Assembly (NCBI GenBank): GCA_022826195.1
Contig: JAJDVI010000076.1
Location: forward strand, 85,971 to 149,970
Length of the DNA: 64,000 bases
DNA from: Acidobacteriota bacterium
Lineage (GTDB): Bacteria > Acidobacteriota > Vicinamibacteria > Marinacidobacterales > Marinacidobacteraceae
Reading direction: 5' to 3'
The notes under the pieces are model-generated. The model saw only the letters and a program-made list of their open reading frames with translations, searched no databases and was not told where the DNA came from. Below, in pieces: positions 9,815 through 19,224 of this stretch. The stretch's first letter is position 1, and each line of letters opens with the position of its first letter. The translations under genes were made by a program, and so were the position numbers.

Positions 9815-10285
9815 ATGGCCGGCCAAGGCAGAGTCGCGGTTGTGCTCCTGGCCGCAGGGGTCTTCGCCGGGTGCGGTTCGTCCGACAGTCCGGCTCCCGC
9901 GGCGCCGACGACTCCGCTCCCCGCCTCACCACCGCCTCCGCCGTCACCCCCACCGATGGAGGAGACGCTGATGCCCACGCTCGCGAGCATCCAGGCGCTG
10001 GTGTTCGATCCGCGATGCGTCTCCCACCATGGCGACCGCTCCCCGCATGCCGGGCTCAACCTCAGCGAGGGGGTGTCGCACGCGGCCCTGGTGAACGTGC
10101 CCAGCACCCAGACAGCGCTGGATCTGGTGGAGCCCGGGGACGCCGAAAACAGCTACCTGGTCCACAAGCTCGAAGGCCGGACGGGAATCGCCGGGGACCG
10201 GATGCCGCCGAGCGGGGATCCGCTCACCGAGGAAGAGATCGCGGCGATCCGGGACTGGATCAACGCCGGCGCCCTCAACGAGTGA
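9815..10285 (+). CDS. Lipoprotein with cytochrome-c-like (Planctomycete cyt c type) domain
   Basis: Lipobox FAGC, Pro-rich linker, RCVSHH..GLNL...PGDAENSYLVHKL...RMPP...I.DWI.AGA. Confidence 0.65.
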   Translation: MAGQGRVAVVLLAAGVFAGCGSSDSPAPAAPTTPLPASPPPPPSPPPMEETLMPTLASIQALVFDPRCVSHHGDRSPHAGLNLSEGVSHAALVNVPSTQTALDLVEPGDAENSYLVHKLEGRTGIAGDRMPPSGDPLTEEEIAAIRDWINAGALNE

Positions 10286-10310
10286 GTTCCGGCGGCGCCG
10301 CACCGCCGTG

Positions 10311-10712
10311 TTACGTGGCCTCGGGCCTGCCGATCAGGCGAATCGGGCCCGGGTAGCGCGCCACGGTCCCATCCGCAGTCAAGAGAGTGATGCCCTCTGC
10401 CTGGGCCTGCGCGATCAGGATGCGGTCGAATGGATCCCGGTGGATCGGAGGGAGGTTCGCGACGGCGGCGGCGTGGGCGCCGGTGACAGGGAGTTCCGGA
10501 CATCCCACGGCGTGCAGCGTGGTGCGGAGCGCATTGGGACTCGGGAAATCAAGCGGATACCGCTGGTGCTTGATGGCGACTTCCCAGACGGACGCGGCGC
10601 TGAAGATCACGTCCGTTTGGGGTGAATCGAGGAGTGCGAGGAGTTCCGGAGTCCGCCGTTCGGGTACGCCAGTCGTCCAGAGGAGAACGTGGGTGTCGAG
10701 GAGGAGTCTCAC
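10311..10712 (-). CDS. PIN-domain toxin (VapC family)
   Basis: LLLDTHVLLW, SAASVWEVAIK, HRDPFDRILIAQA; GTGA overlap with antitoxin. Confidence 0.9.
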   Translation of the reverse strand: MRLLLDTHVLLWTTGVPERRTPELLALLDSPQTDVIFSAASVWEVAIKHQRYPLDFPSPNALRTTLHAVGCPELPVTGAHAAAVANLPPIHRDPFDRILIAQAQAEGITLLTADGTVARYPGPIRLIGRPEAT

Positions 10713-10990
10713 CCCTCCTCCTGCTCCGGGGATTCCTCGTTCGGGATGCCCTTGTACTTGCCTTCGAACATCGCCTGGATCTCGTCGGCGAACATCGTGT
10801 CGAAATCGTCGGGTGCCGAGAACTGGCCGTCCAGACAACCGATCAGCCGCTTCCTGGGAGCCTCCTCCACCGCCGTCACCCGTACGAGCGGCTTGCCGGC
10901 GCGGGCGATGACGAACGGTTGTCCGTCCACGGCTTCCCGCACGAGACGGGAGAGATGGGTCTTGGCCTGGTGCATGTTCACGGTGCGCAT
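10709..10990 (-). CDS. Phd/YefM family antitoxin
   Basis: MRTVNMHQAKTHLSRLV..AVDGQPFVIARAGKPLVRV. Confidence 0.9.
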   Translation of the reverse strand: MRTVNMHQAKTHLSRLVREAVDGQPFVIARAGKPLVRVTAVEEAPRKRLIGCLDGQFSAPDDFDTMFADEIQAMFEGKYKGIPNEESPEQEEG

Positions 10991-11185
10991 GTCGGTTCTC
11001 CGAGATTAGTCCACTTTGGTTAGTTTAACCGTCGGCCAAAGCGACAAGGCGCCAATCGTCCAGCCTCCGTTTCCGTCCGGCCGCACCATCAGTCCGCGGG
11101 TCCGAGGTCGAGGCGGAGGTGTTGTACGCTCGCCGGCTGGCCGCGCGGCGGTCCACGGACCCGTGCGGCGACGGAGGCGAGACCC

Positions 11186-14100
11186 ATGTTTCTTCCGCTT
11201 GCATCGTTTCGGAACCGGCGTCTTCAGTCCTGGCTGCTGCTGACCGCGGTCCTGCTGCTGGGGGCGGCGCAGGCGTCCTCCCAGACCGCCGAGCAGGTCG
11301 AGTCCGTCCTGAACCGGATCGAGTGGCGGAACATCGGCCCGGCGATCATGGGGGGCCGCATCGACGACATCGCGGTCGTCGAGTCCGACCCCAAGGTGTT
11401 CTGGGTGGGCACCGCCTCCGCGGGCGTCTGGAAGACCGAGAACCATGGGATCACCTGGATTCCGCAGTTCCAGAGCGAGCAGGTGTCCTCGATCGGTTCC
11501 ATCGCGGTGGCGCCCTCCGACCCGTCGGTGGTGTGGGTGGGCACCGGGGAACCCGCGAACCGCCAGAGCAGCTCCTGGGGCAACGGGGTGTACGTCTCCA
11601 CCGACGGAGGGACCACCTGGACCCACAAGGGGCTCGAGGACACGCACCACATCGGCCGGGTCCTGGTGCATCCCACGGACCCGGGCACGGTGTACGTGGC
11701 CGCGCTCGGCCATCTCTGGGGCCCGAACGAGGAGCGCGGCGTCTACCGGACCCGCGACGGCGGCGAGACCTGGGACCGGGTGCTCCACGGCGACGAGAAC
11801 ACGGGGGCCGTGGAACTCGCGATGGATCCCGAGAGTCCGGACACCCTCTACGCCGCGCTCTACCAGCGGCGCCGCCGGGCCTACGGGTTCGCGGGCGGCG
11901 GACCGGGCAGCGGCATCCACCGCACCACGGATGGCGGAGACACCTGGACGAAGCTGGGCGGCGGCCTCCCCGAGGGCGACACCGGGCGGATCGGACTCAA
12001 CGTGTACCGAAGCGACCCGCGGATCGTCTACGCGATCGTCGAGAACCGGGAGGGTGGCGTCTTCCGGTCCGAGGACAAGGGACTCACCTGGGAGCGGATG
12101 AGCGACACCAACCCGCGGCCCATGTACTACAGCCAGATCCGTATCGATCCCAACAACGACCAGCGCATCTGGGTTCTCGGGACCCAGATGCACTACTCCC
12201 AGGACGGCGGCCGGACCTTCGTCACCGACTGGGTGCAGCGCATCCACGTGGACCATCACGCCCTCTGGATCGATCCCGCCGACTCGAACCACATGGTGCT
12301 CGGGAACGACGGGGGGATCCACATCTCCTGGGACCGGGGCCGGAGCTGGGACTTCGTGAACACCATCGCGCTGGGCCAGTTCTACGAGATCGGCCACGAC
12401 ATGAGCACGCCTTACATGGTCTATGGCGGGCTCCAGGACAACGGGAGCTGGGGCGCGCCGTCGCGCACCTTCTTCCGGCAGGGGATCAGCAACGAGGACT
12501 GGTTCCGGATCGGGGGCGGGGACGGCTTCTACACCGAGCCGATCCCGGGCGACCCGGACACCGTGTACATCGAGTCCCAAAACGGCAACCTGCGGCGGCT
12601 GAACCGCCGGACCTCCGAGACCAAGCTGATCCGGCCGCAGCCGGAGAACGGCGGCGAGCGCTATCGCTTCGACTGGAACAGCCCCATCGTGATCTCGCCG
12701 CACGACCCGGACACCGTGTACTACGGCGGCAACCGGCTCTTCATCTCGTCCGACCGCGGCGACGCCTGGACCCGGACCGATGACCTGACGAAGCGCCTCG
12801 ACCGGGACGAGCTGCCCATCATGGACGTTCCGGTGACCGAGGACACGCTGTCACGCCACGACGGGATCTCGAGTTTCGGCCAGATCGTGACCATCGCCGT
12901 CTCCTCGCTCGAAGAGGGCGTCATCTACGTGGGGGCCGACGACGGGAACGTACAGCGGAGCCGGGACGGGGGCGAGACCTGGGACGACCTGACCGGGAAC
13001 CTGCCCGGAGTCCCCGACCAGACGTACGTGACCCGGCTGATCGCCTCGGCGCATGCGGCGTCCCGGGTCTACGTCACGCTGGACGGGCACCGGAACGACG
13101 ACTACTCCACCTACGTTTTCCGAAGCGACGACTACGGGGACACCTTCGAGTCCCTGGCGGGGACATTGCCGCCGGAAGCTGCGCTCAACGTGATCCGCGA
13201 GCACCACGAGAACGAGAACTTCCTGGTGACCGGCGGCGAGTTCGGGGTGTACGTGACGCTCGACCGCGGGGCGAACTGGCACCGGATCCGGGGCCAGATC
13301 CCCACCGTGCCGGTGGACGACCTGGCGATCCACCCTCGGGAGAACGACCTGATCCTGGGCACCCACGGCCGCAGCGTCTGGATCGCCGACGACATCGCGC
13401 CCCTCACCACCCTTGACGCTTCCGTGTTCGAGAAGGACCTCCACCTCTTCCCGGTGCGGGACGCCGTCGCCTGGCGCATCTACACCCACAAGGGGAACAC
13501 CGGCCACAAGTTCTTCATCGCGGAGAACCCGCCCGAGGGCGCCCTGCTCCACGTCTACGCGAGCGCCGCCGGAGAGGCCGAGATCACGGTCACCGCCGCG
13601 GGTGGCGACGCGGTCCGCACCCTGAAGGCGGAGCTCGAGCCGGGGCTCAACCGGGTGAACTGGGATCTTCGCTACGACTCCCCGGTCCCGGACGGCGGCC
13701 AGGGCTTCGGCGGACCGCCGCCGGGTCCGCGGGTGCTCCCCGGCGCCTACTCGGTGCGGGTGGCGAGCGGCGACGCCTCGGCGGAGGGATCCGTGGCGGT
13801 GTCGGAGGACCCCCGCATCCAGATTCCCGAGGCCGACCGGCGCGCCAACCACGACGCTCTCGTGCGGCTCACCGGGATGATCGCGGGGATGAGCCGGGCT
13901 CACGAGGCGGCGGAGGCGACCGCGAAGGAAGCGGCGGAGCTGGTCCAGGCGTTCGCGTCCGAACCGGATAGCGACCTGAAGACCCGGATTGGCGAGTTCC
14001 AGGAGGCGGCCGCGGAGGCGGCGAAGAACCTCTCGCGGAACGAGGGACGCCCGGGATTCCGCGCCTGGCCGCGGCCGCTGTTCGCCCGGATCGGGGCCGA

Positions 14101-14293
14101 GGCCCGGAACCTCGACGCCTACACCGAGGCGCCGAACGCCGAGGTCCTCGCCCGGATCGACGCGCTGAGTACCGAGTACGAGGAGCGCATTGCCGCCTGG
14201 GAGGCGGTGCGGCGCCGGATCGACGCCCTGAACGAAGCGCTCCGGAGCGGTGGCCCGCCGCGCCTCACCCCGCGGCCGGAGGCTGCGAACTGA
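11186..14293 (+). CDS. Secreted VPS10/sortilin-like BNR-repeat beta-propeller glycosyl hydrolase
   Basis: Signal peptide; WRNIGP..MGGRI; repeated S/TxDGGxTW Asp-boxes; GLQDNGSW. Confidence 0.85.
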   Translation: MFLPLASFRNRRLQSWLLLTAVLLLGAAQASSQTAEQVESVLNRIEWRNIGPAIMGGRIDDIAVVESDPKVFWVGTASAGVWKTENHGITWIPQFQSEQVSSIGSIAVAPSDPSVVWVGTGEPANRQSSSWGNGVYVSTDGGTTWTHKGLEDTHHIGRVLVHPTDPGTVYVAALGHLWGPNEERGVYRTRDGGETWDRVLHGDENTGAVELAMDPESPDTLYAALYQRRRRAYGFAGGGPGSGIHRTTDGGDTWTKLGGGLPEGDTGRIGLNVYRSDPRIVYAIVENREGGVFRSEDKGLTWERMSDTNPRPMYYSQIRIDPNNDQRIWVLGTQMHYSQDGGRTFVTDWVQRIHVDHHALWIDPADSNHMVLGNDGGIHISWDRGRSWDFVNTIALGQFYEIGHDMSTPYMVYGGLQDNGSWGAPSRTFFRQGISNEDWFRIGGGDGFYTEPIPGDPDTVYIESQNGNLRRLNRRTSETKLIRPQPENGGERYRFDWNSPIVISPHDPDTVYYGGNRLFISSDRGDAWTRTDDLTKRLDRDELPIMDVPVTEDTLSRHDGISSFGQIVTIAVSSLEEGVIYVGADDGNVQRSRDGGETWDDLTGNLPGVPDQTYVTRLIASAHAASRVYVTLDGHRNDDYSTYVFRSDDYGDTFESLAGTLPPEAALNVIREHHENENFLVTGGEFGVYVTLDRGANWHRIRGQIPTVPVDDLAIHPRENDLILGTHGRSVWIADDIAPLTTLDASVFEKDLHLFPVRDAVAWRIYTHKGNTGHKFFIAENPPEGALLHVYASAAGEAEITVTAAGGDAVRTLKAELEPGLNRVNWDLRYDSPVPDGGQGFGGPPPGPRVLPGAYSVRVASGDASAEGSVAVSEDPRIQIPEADRRANHDALVRLTGMIAGMSRAHEAAEATAKEAAELVQAFASEPDSDLKTRIGEFQEAAAEAAKNLSRNEGRPGFRAWPRPLFARIGAEARNLDAYTEAPNAEVLARIDALSTEYEERIAAWEAVRRRIDALNEALRSGGPPRLTPRPEAAN

Positions 14294-14351
14294 CCGGGTG
14301 GTTGTGAGTTAATTCCCACCCCAGACCTTCCCTTCCAGGAGATACCAGCCC

Positions 14352-16076
14352 ATGTCCCGTCTGCTCGACAAGAACCTGAGCCGCGCCGAATTCCTGAAGC
14401 TCTCGGGGGCCGCCGCCGCTTCCGGTCTGGCGACCGCCTGCGGTTCCGGCGGGGGCTCGGCAACCCCGCAGATGATCGTCCACAACGCCCGGGTGTACAC
14501 CGCCGAGTACAGCGAGGGCCGGGAGACGATGGACCAGGCCCAGGCGCTCGCCGTCAACCACGGCAAGTTCGTCGCGGTGGGTTCGAACGAGGACGTGATG
14601 AATCTCGCCGGACCGGGCACCGAGGTGGTGGACGCCGGCGGGATGACCGTGGTCCCCGGCTTCATCGATGCCCACTGCCATCCGGGCGGGATGCGGGACC
14701 TCTTCGAGGTGAACCTCGACGTCCGCACCATCGAGGACATCAAGATGGCGGTCCGGGCCGCCGCCGCCGACACCCAGGCCGGCTACTGGGTGGACGGCTT
14801 CAAGTACGACGACACCAAGGTCACCGACGAGAACGGCCAGTACCGCCGGATCACCCGGCACGATCTCGACGAGGCGACGACGGACGTTCCGGTGCGCGTC
14901 TCGCACCGGGGCGGACACATCTACTGGTACAACTCGAAGGCCTTCGAGATGGCCGGCATCACGAAGGACGTGGCCGATCCGCCGGGAGGCCGGTTCGAGA
15001 AGGACGCGAACGGTGAGCTGACCGGGCTGGTCGAGGAGAAGGCCGACGAGGTCTTCGACGGCGTCGGGCAGCGTCGGGTTTACGGCCGCGCCGAGTTCCA
15101 GCAGGGCGTGGCCCACATGTCGATGCTGATGACGGCCGCCGGAATCACCAGCGTGCACCAGACGGGCGGCGACTCCGACGGCCTCCTGGCCCTCGAGGAC
15201 GCCTACGCCGCCGGCGAGCTGCGCTACCGGATGTACTACTTCGCGTCCGCGGACTCCGACCTGCACCGCGGGATGAAGGAGGCGAAGATCCATCGCGGCT
15301 TCGGGAACGAGTGGCTCCGGATCGGGGCGATCAAGTACGGCGCCGACGGCTCCGCCTCGGGCCGCACCATGTACATGAGCACTCCCTACGAGGGCACCGA
15401 CGACCACGGCATCCTCACCATGACTCCCGAGCAGATCATGGAGGCCGTCGAGGACTCCCACGCGCACGACTTCCACATCGGGATCCACGCGAACGGCGAC
15501 CTGACCATCGGCTACGTCCTCGACGCCTACGAGAAGGTGCTTGCCGAAGCGCCGCGGGACGCGCGGCACCGCCTCGAGCACTGCTCGCTGGTGAACCCCG
15601 AGCTGCTCCAGCGGATCCACGACTCCGGTTCGATCCCCACCCCGTTCTGGACCTACGTCCACTACCACGGGAACAAGTGGGTGGAGTACGGCGAGGAGAA
15701 GATGAAGTGGATGTTCGCCCACAAGTCCTTCCTCGACTACGACATCAAGGTCGCCGGCGCCTCCGACTACGTGCCGGGGCCCTACGAGCCGATGATGGCG
15801 CTCCAGGCCATGGTGACCCGCAAGGACACCCAGGGCCGGGTGTGGGGCGACAACCAGAAGGTCACGGTGGACCAGGCGCTCCGGATCGGGACGATCAACG
15901 GCGCCTACGCGTCCTTCGAGGAGGACATCAAGGGCAGCATCAAGATCGGCAAGCTCGCCGACTTCGTGATGCTCGAGCAGGACCCCCACGACATCGCCGC
16001 GGACGACCCGGACCAGCTCAAGCACATCCCCATCCACCGCACCGTCGTCGGCGGCAAGACCATGTTCCAGGCCTAG
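14352..16076 (+). CDS. Amidohydrolase family 3 (YtcJ-like), Tat-like lipoprotein
   Basis: PGFIDAHCH, HANGD, RLEHC, ASDY, GKLADFVML; AGGAG SD; LATAC lipobox. Confidence 0.9.
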   Translation: MSRLLDKNLSRAEFLKLSGAAAASGLATACGSGGGSATPQMIVHNARVYTAEYSEGRETMDQAQALAVNHGKFVAVGSNEDVMNLAGPGTEVVDAGGMTVVPGFIDAHCHPGGMRDLFEVNLDVRTIEDIKMAVRAAAADTQAGYWVDGFKYDDTKVTDENGQYRRITRHDLDEATTDVPVRVSHRGGHIYWYNSKAFEMAGITKDVADPPGGRFEKDANGELTGLVEEKADEVFDGVGQRRVYGRAEFQQGVAHMSMLMTAAGITSVHQTGGDSDGLLALEDAYAAGELRYRMYYFASADSDLHRGMKEAKIHRGFGNEWLRIGAIKYGADGSASGRTMYMSTPYEGTDDHGILTMTPEQIMEAVEDSHAHDFHIGIHANGDLTIGYVLDAYEKVLAEAPRDARHRLEHCSLVNPELLQRIHDSGSIPTPFWTYVHYHGNKWVEYGEEKMKWMFAHKSFLDYDIKVAGASDYVPGPYEPMMALQAMVTRKDTQGRVWGDNQKVTVDQALRIGTINGAYASFEEDIKGSIKIGKLADFVMLEQDPHDIAADDPDQLKHIPIHRTVVGGKTMFQA

Positions 16077-16084
16077 CGGCCCGC

Positions 16085-16420
16085 GACCGCCGGTCGTCAG
16101 ACCGCCAAGCGCGGCGGCTTGGAACGCCGGTCTCCAGACCGGCACCGCGGTGCTCCGCACCGCGCACGTCCCAGCGTCACCCGGAAAAGGGCGCCCCGCC
16201 TACGTGCGCGTGGAGGTCAACGGCGCAGGCGACGCGTACGGCTTGGAACGCCGGTCTCCAGACCGGCACCGCGGTGCTCCGCACCGCGCACGTCGTTGCC
16301 TGCACGAGGAAAAGGTGACTTCCGCCTCGGCGCGGACCCCAACCGCGCAGGCGACGCGTGGGCTTGGAACGCCGGCTTCAGCCGGCACAGCCCGCCAAAG
16401 GCGGGCGGCCGGACGGACCC
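16085..16420 (+). repeat. Tandem cluster of REP-like elements (about 121-124 bp period)
   Basis: GGCTTGGAACGCCGGTCTCCAGACCGGCACCGCGGTGCTCCGCACCGCGCACG at 16116 and 16240; variant at 16361; degenerate copy at 16085. Confidence 0.85.
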
Positions 16421-16459
16421 CGACCGGCATGGCGCATCCGCGCCAGTGCGGCGGAGCCG

Positions 16460-16912
16460 CTACCCCTTCGCCCGCAGCTTCGCCGCGATGAACGCCGGAT
16501 GCTCCACGTGCAGCAAGGTCGCCACCTTCCGGATGACCTGCTCTTCCTCGCCCGCGAGCCAGCCGTCCGCGAACGCCACCCGGAACAGCAGTTCGATGAT
16601 CGTCGCCTTGTGCTCCCGGGAAAGGCTTCGGTCCACGAGCCGGGTGAACTCGTAGAGCGAGACCGCTTCGGACGACCGCCGGCCAGCGATCTCGACGATT
16701 TCCGCCGTTTCCTCCGCACTCAACTGGAACGCCGACTCGATGCTCCGGACGATCTCCCGGCTCTCCCGCTCGTCCACGTCGTGATCGGCCGCCGATACTT
16801 CAAGGAGGAGCACGGCGGTCGCGATCTGGACGTCCCGCGGTGAGGGGGGCGGGGGAGGGGAGTGTTCCGGGCGCCGCCGGCCACCGCTCACCAGGTCACT
16901 GATCCAGCCCAT
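16460..16912 (-). CDS. TerB-family (tellurite resistance/DjlA N-terminal-like) protein
   Basis: ATAVLLLEVSAAD, SLYEFTRLV, LFRVAFADG.L..EE..IRKVA.LL. Confidence 0.85.
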   Translation of the reverse strand: MGWISDLVSGGRRRPEHSPPPPPSPRDVQIATAVLLLEVSAADHDVDERESREIVRSIESAFQLSAEETAEIVEIAGRRSSEAVSLYEFTRLVDRSLSREHKATIIELLFRVAFADGWLAGEEEQVIRKVATLLHVEHPAFIAAKLRAKG

Positions 16913-16913
16913 G

Positions 16914-17336
16914 TCAGACCTCCGTGGCCCGGTCTGCCGGTGCCGCGACGACGGGAACGTTCTCGCTGCGAGCGGCGCGGAGCAGGGCCTGGTCCAGTGT
17001 CGCAAGCGGTGCTCCACGGCGCCTTGCCAGTTCGAGATAGAGGGCGTCGTAGAAGGAAAGGTTCCGCCGCTCGGCGAACGAAAGAGCGGAGTCGAGATCC
17101 GGATCCCGGTCGGTGATGGTCCTGATCTCGGCGAGAGCCCGAAGCCGGGCGCGGATCTCCGTCCTTTCGAGGCGCCCGCGTCGTGCGGCCACCAGTAGCG
17201 CATTCCGCACCTCGAAGTGCCAGAGCACGGGGACCGTGGCCGGCCCGGTTTCGAGATGCGCCATCGTGGCGCGGACTATGGGTCCCGTCTCGGCCAGGAG
17301 ACGGGCTACCGCAACCGACGCGTCGAGAACGATCAA
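16914..17336 (-). CDS. PIN-domain toxin (VapC family)
   Basis: IVLDASVA, FEVRNALL, LSFYDALYLELA, LATLD. Confidence 0.9.
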   Translation of the reverse strand: MIVLDASVAVARLLAETGPIVRATMAHLETGPATVPVLWHFEVRNALLVAARRGRLERTEIRARLRALAEIRTITDRDPDLDSALSFAERRNLSFYDALYLELARRRGAPLATLDQALLRAARSENVPVVAAPADRATEV

Positions 17337-17339
17337 ACC

Positions 17340-17591
17340 CTAAAAGCGCCGTCCCTCGTCACGAGCAGCGAGAATCTCCTCCACGGTAATTCCACTGGGC
17401 TTCCAGTCCGCAGCCGCGGCGCGGAATCGCGCCACGCCCTCGCGACACGCCTGCTCCTGTGCGTCCTCGGCGGGAACCAGATAGGCCACCACCCGTCCGT
17501 TGCGGCTGATCGCAATCCGCTCTCCGTTCTCCGCCGTACGCAGAAACTCGGCGAAACGGGCCTTGGCCTCGGTTGACTGGATTCGACGCAT
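17340..17591 (-). CDS. Phd/YefM family antitoxin
   Basis: STEAKARFAEFLRTAENGERIAISRNGRVVAYLVP; directly upstream of PIN gene. Confidence 0.85.
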   Translation of the reverse strand: MRRIQSTEAKARFAEFLRTAENGERIAISRNGRVVAYLVPAEDAQEQACREGVARFRAAAADWKPSGITVEEILAARDEGRRF

Positions 17592-17649
17592 GAAAAATCT
17601 GACCCGTCATTCTAACCGGTTTGTCCTTGACCAGGACGACGGAACCGAT

Positions 17650-19224
17650 CTACGCCGCCGCCGCTCGCCGCGAGCGCCACACCCAGAGTCCGAAGGCGCC
17701 GAGGCCGAAGAACATGACGAGCAGGCCGACCACTCCTCCGATGAAGGGAACCTCCACCGCCAACACCAGGATTCCCAGTCCGAGCGCGATGCGCCCGATC
17801 CGCTGGACGTTCGTGGAAGCGAGACCCATGATCGCCTGGCCGATCACCATGGCGGCGACCACCCGGGAGGCGTAGAGCAGGAACACGTAGAGCATGCCGA
17901 CGGCGAACGCGAGCGGCAGGCCGATGAAGGTGATCGCGAGCAGGATTGCCGCGAAGGGGAGTCCCACGAACAAAAGGAGTCCGAGCAGCAGCGGGGCGAT
18001 GGGTCTGCCACCGATGGCGGCCATCGCTCCGAGGGGGCCGGACGCGAGCAGTACGAGCACCATCCCGAGGGCCAGTCCCATGCCCCAGCGGGTGGCAATG
18101 CTCATGGCGTCGTCCCACACGCTGGTCTCCTCGGGCTCCGGCTCGGACCACTCCACCTCCGGCGCACCGGGCTCGCGCTCGGGCTCCGAGGGGCCGGTGT
18201 AGCTGCCACTGCCGCCGATTGACGCTCCCGACCCAAGATGCAGTTCTTCCCCGCTGAATTCCAGGTCGCCCTCGATCGGCGCGTTCACTTCCAGCCGGCT
18301 TCCCCCGGCGAGAACCGAGCCCCCGACCGGTCCCGCCACGGACAGCCGATCGCCCGCCATCATGATGCCGCCTCCCACGCTAGCGCCGGGAAAGACCGAG
18401 ACTTGTCCGCCAGCGGCCGCTAGCCCGCGTCCCAGCTCCCCGGTAATTCGGATTGTTTCGGCGGCTCCTCGCAGGCTCAGGCCAACACTGCCTTCCACGT
18501 TGATGTCATTTCCGAACCCGAAAACGTCGCCATCCACCCGCCCGGTGATCGTGAGCGAACGCCCGGCGAAGTACAGGTCGCCCGTTACCGTGCCCTCGAC
18601 GCTTGCTACGTCGCAAAGAAGCAGCAGGTCATCCGTAACCACGTCTGCGGCTGCGATGCGACACCGCGAGTTGTCCCCGGCGATCACCTCAAGCGCCTCG
18701 GCGGGTGCGCTAATGACTCCGAACGGCAACGACGCTGCCAACAAGAGCGGCATGACGCCGGCGCGCGGCCGGCGAATGGCGTTGGAAGCCAGGGCGATAC
18801 CGATGAGGGTCATGATGACGATGCCTCCGTAGGCAATCTGCAGTCCGATCTGCTGGATATCCAGCAGGGAGAGAAGGCGGAACCCGAGGTCCGAGAGGAC
18901 GGGAAGGGCGTCCGGCATGGGCGTTTCCGCCGCCGCTTCGCCGACCCCTGTGAGGAAACGCCGCACCGCAACGAGGCCCAGCGAGAGCACGAGTCCGGCG
19001 GCCACCACCCAGCCGAGTTCACGCGACATTTCGCGCTCACGCACGACCTCGGGCGCCGCGGCCGCCCGCAGGACGTCGCTCTCCCGGCGAAGCCCTTCAT
19101 AGAGCCGGTGGCAGGAGAAGCAGCGGGTCAGGTGCGACCGCGCCGCCGCCGCCTCGGCCCGGGGCAACTCCTCGTCGATGAGGGCGAGGAGTTTCAGTTC
19201 CGGGAGGTGCTCCACGTCGGTCAT
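17650..19224 (-). CDS. ZAS (zf-HC2) anti-sigma factor fused to bactofilin-like beta-helix repeats and multi-TM C-terminus
   Basis: HLTRCFSC (HxxxCxxC); Gly/Val repeats ITGRVDGDV, ITGELGRGL, VAGPVGGSV, VNAPIEGDL; hydrophobic C-terminus; TGATG coupling to sigma. Confidence 0.8.
   Translation of the reverse strand: MTDVEHLPELKLLALIDEELPRAEAAAARSHLTRCFSCHRLYEGLRRESDVLRAAAAPEVVREREMSRELGWVVAAGLVLSLGLVAVRRFLTGVGEAAAETPMPDALPVLSDLGFRLLSLLDIQQIGLQIAYGGIVIMTLIGIALASNAIRRPRAGVMPLLLAASLPFGVISAPAEALEVIAGDNSRCRIAAADVVTDDLLLLCDVASVEGTVTGDLYFAGRSLTITGRVDGDVFGFGNDINVEGSVGLSLRGAAETIRITGELGRGLAAAGGQVSVFPGASVGGGIMMAGDRLSVAGPVGGSVLAGGSRLEVNAPIEGDLEFSGEELHLGSGASIGGSGSYTGPSEPEREPGAPEVEWSEPEPEETSVWDDAMSIATRWGMGLALGMVLVLLASGPLGAMAAIGGRPIAPLLLGLLLFVGLPFAAILLAITFIGLPLAFAVGMLYVFLLYASRVVAAMVIGQAIMGLASTNVQRIGRIALGLGILVLAVEVPFIGGVVGLLVMFFGLGAFGLWVWRSRRAAAA

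Noticed and set aside
16085-16420. CRISPR array
   Set aside because: Repeats exceed 50 bp, linkers resemble each other, the same element is dispersed through the window, and there are no cas genes
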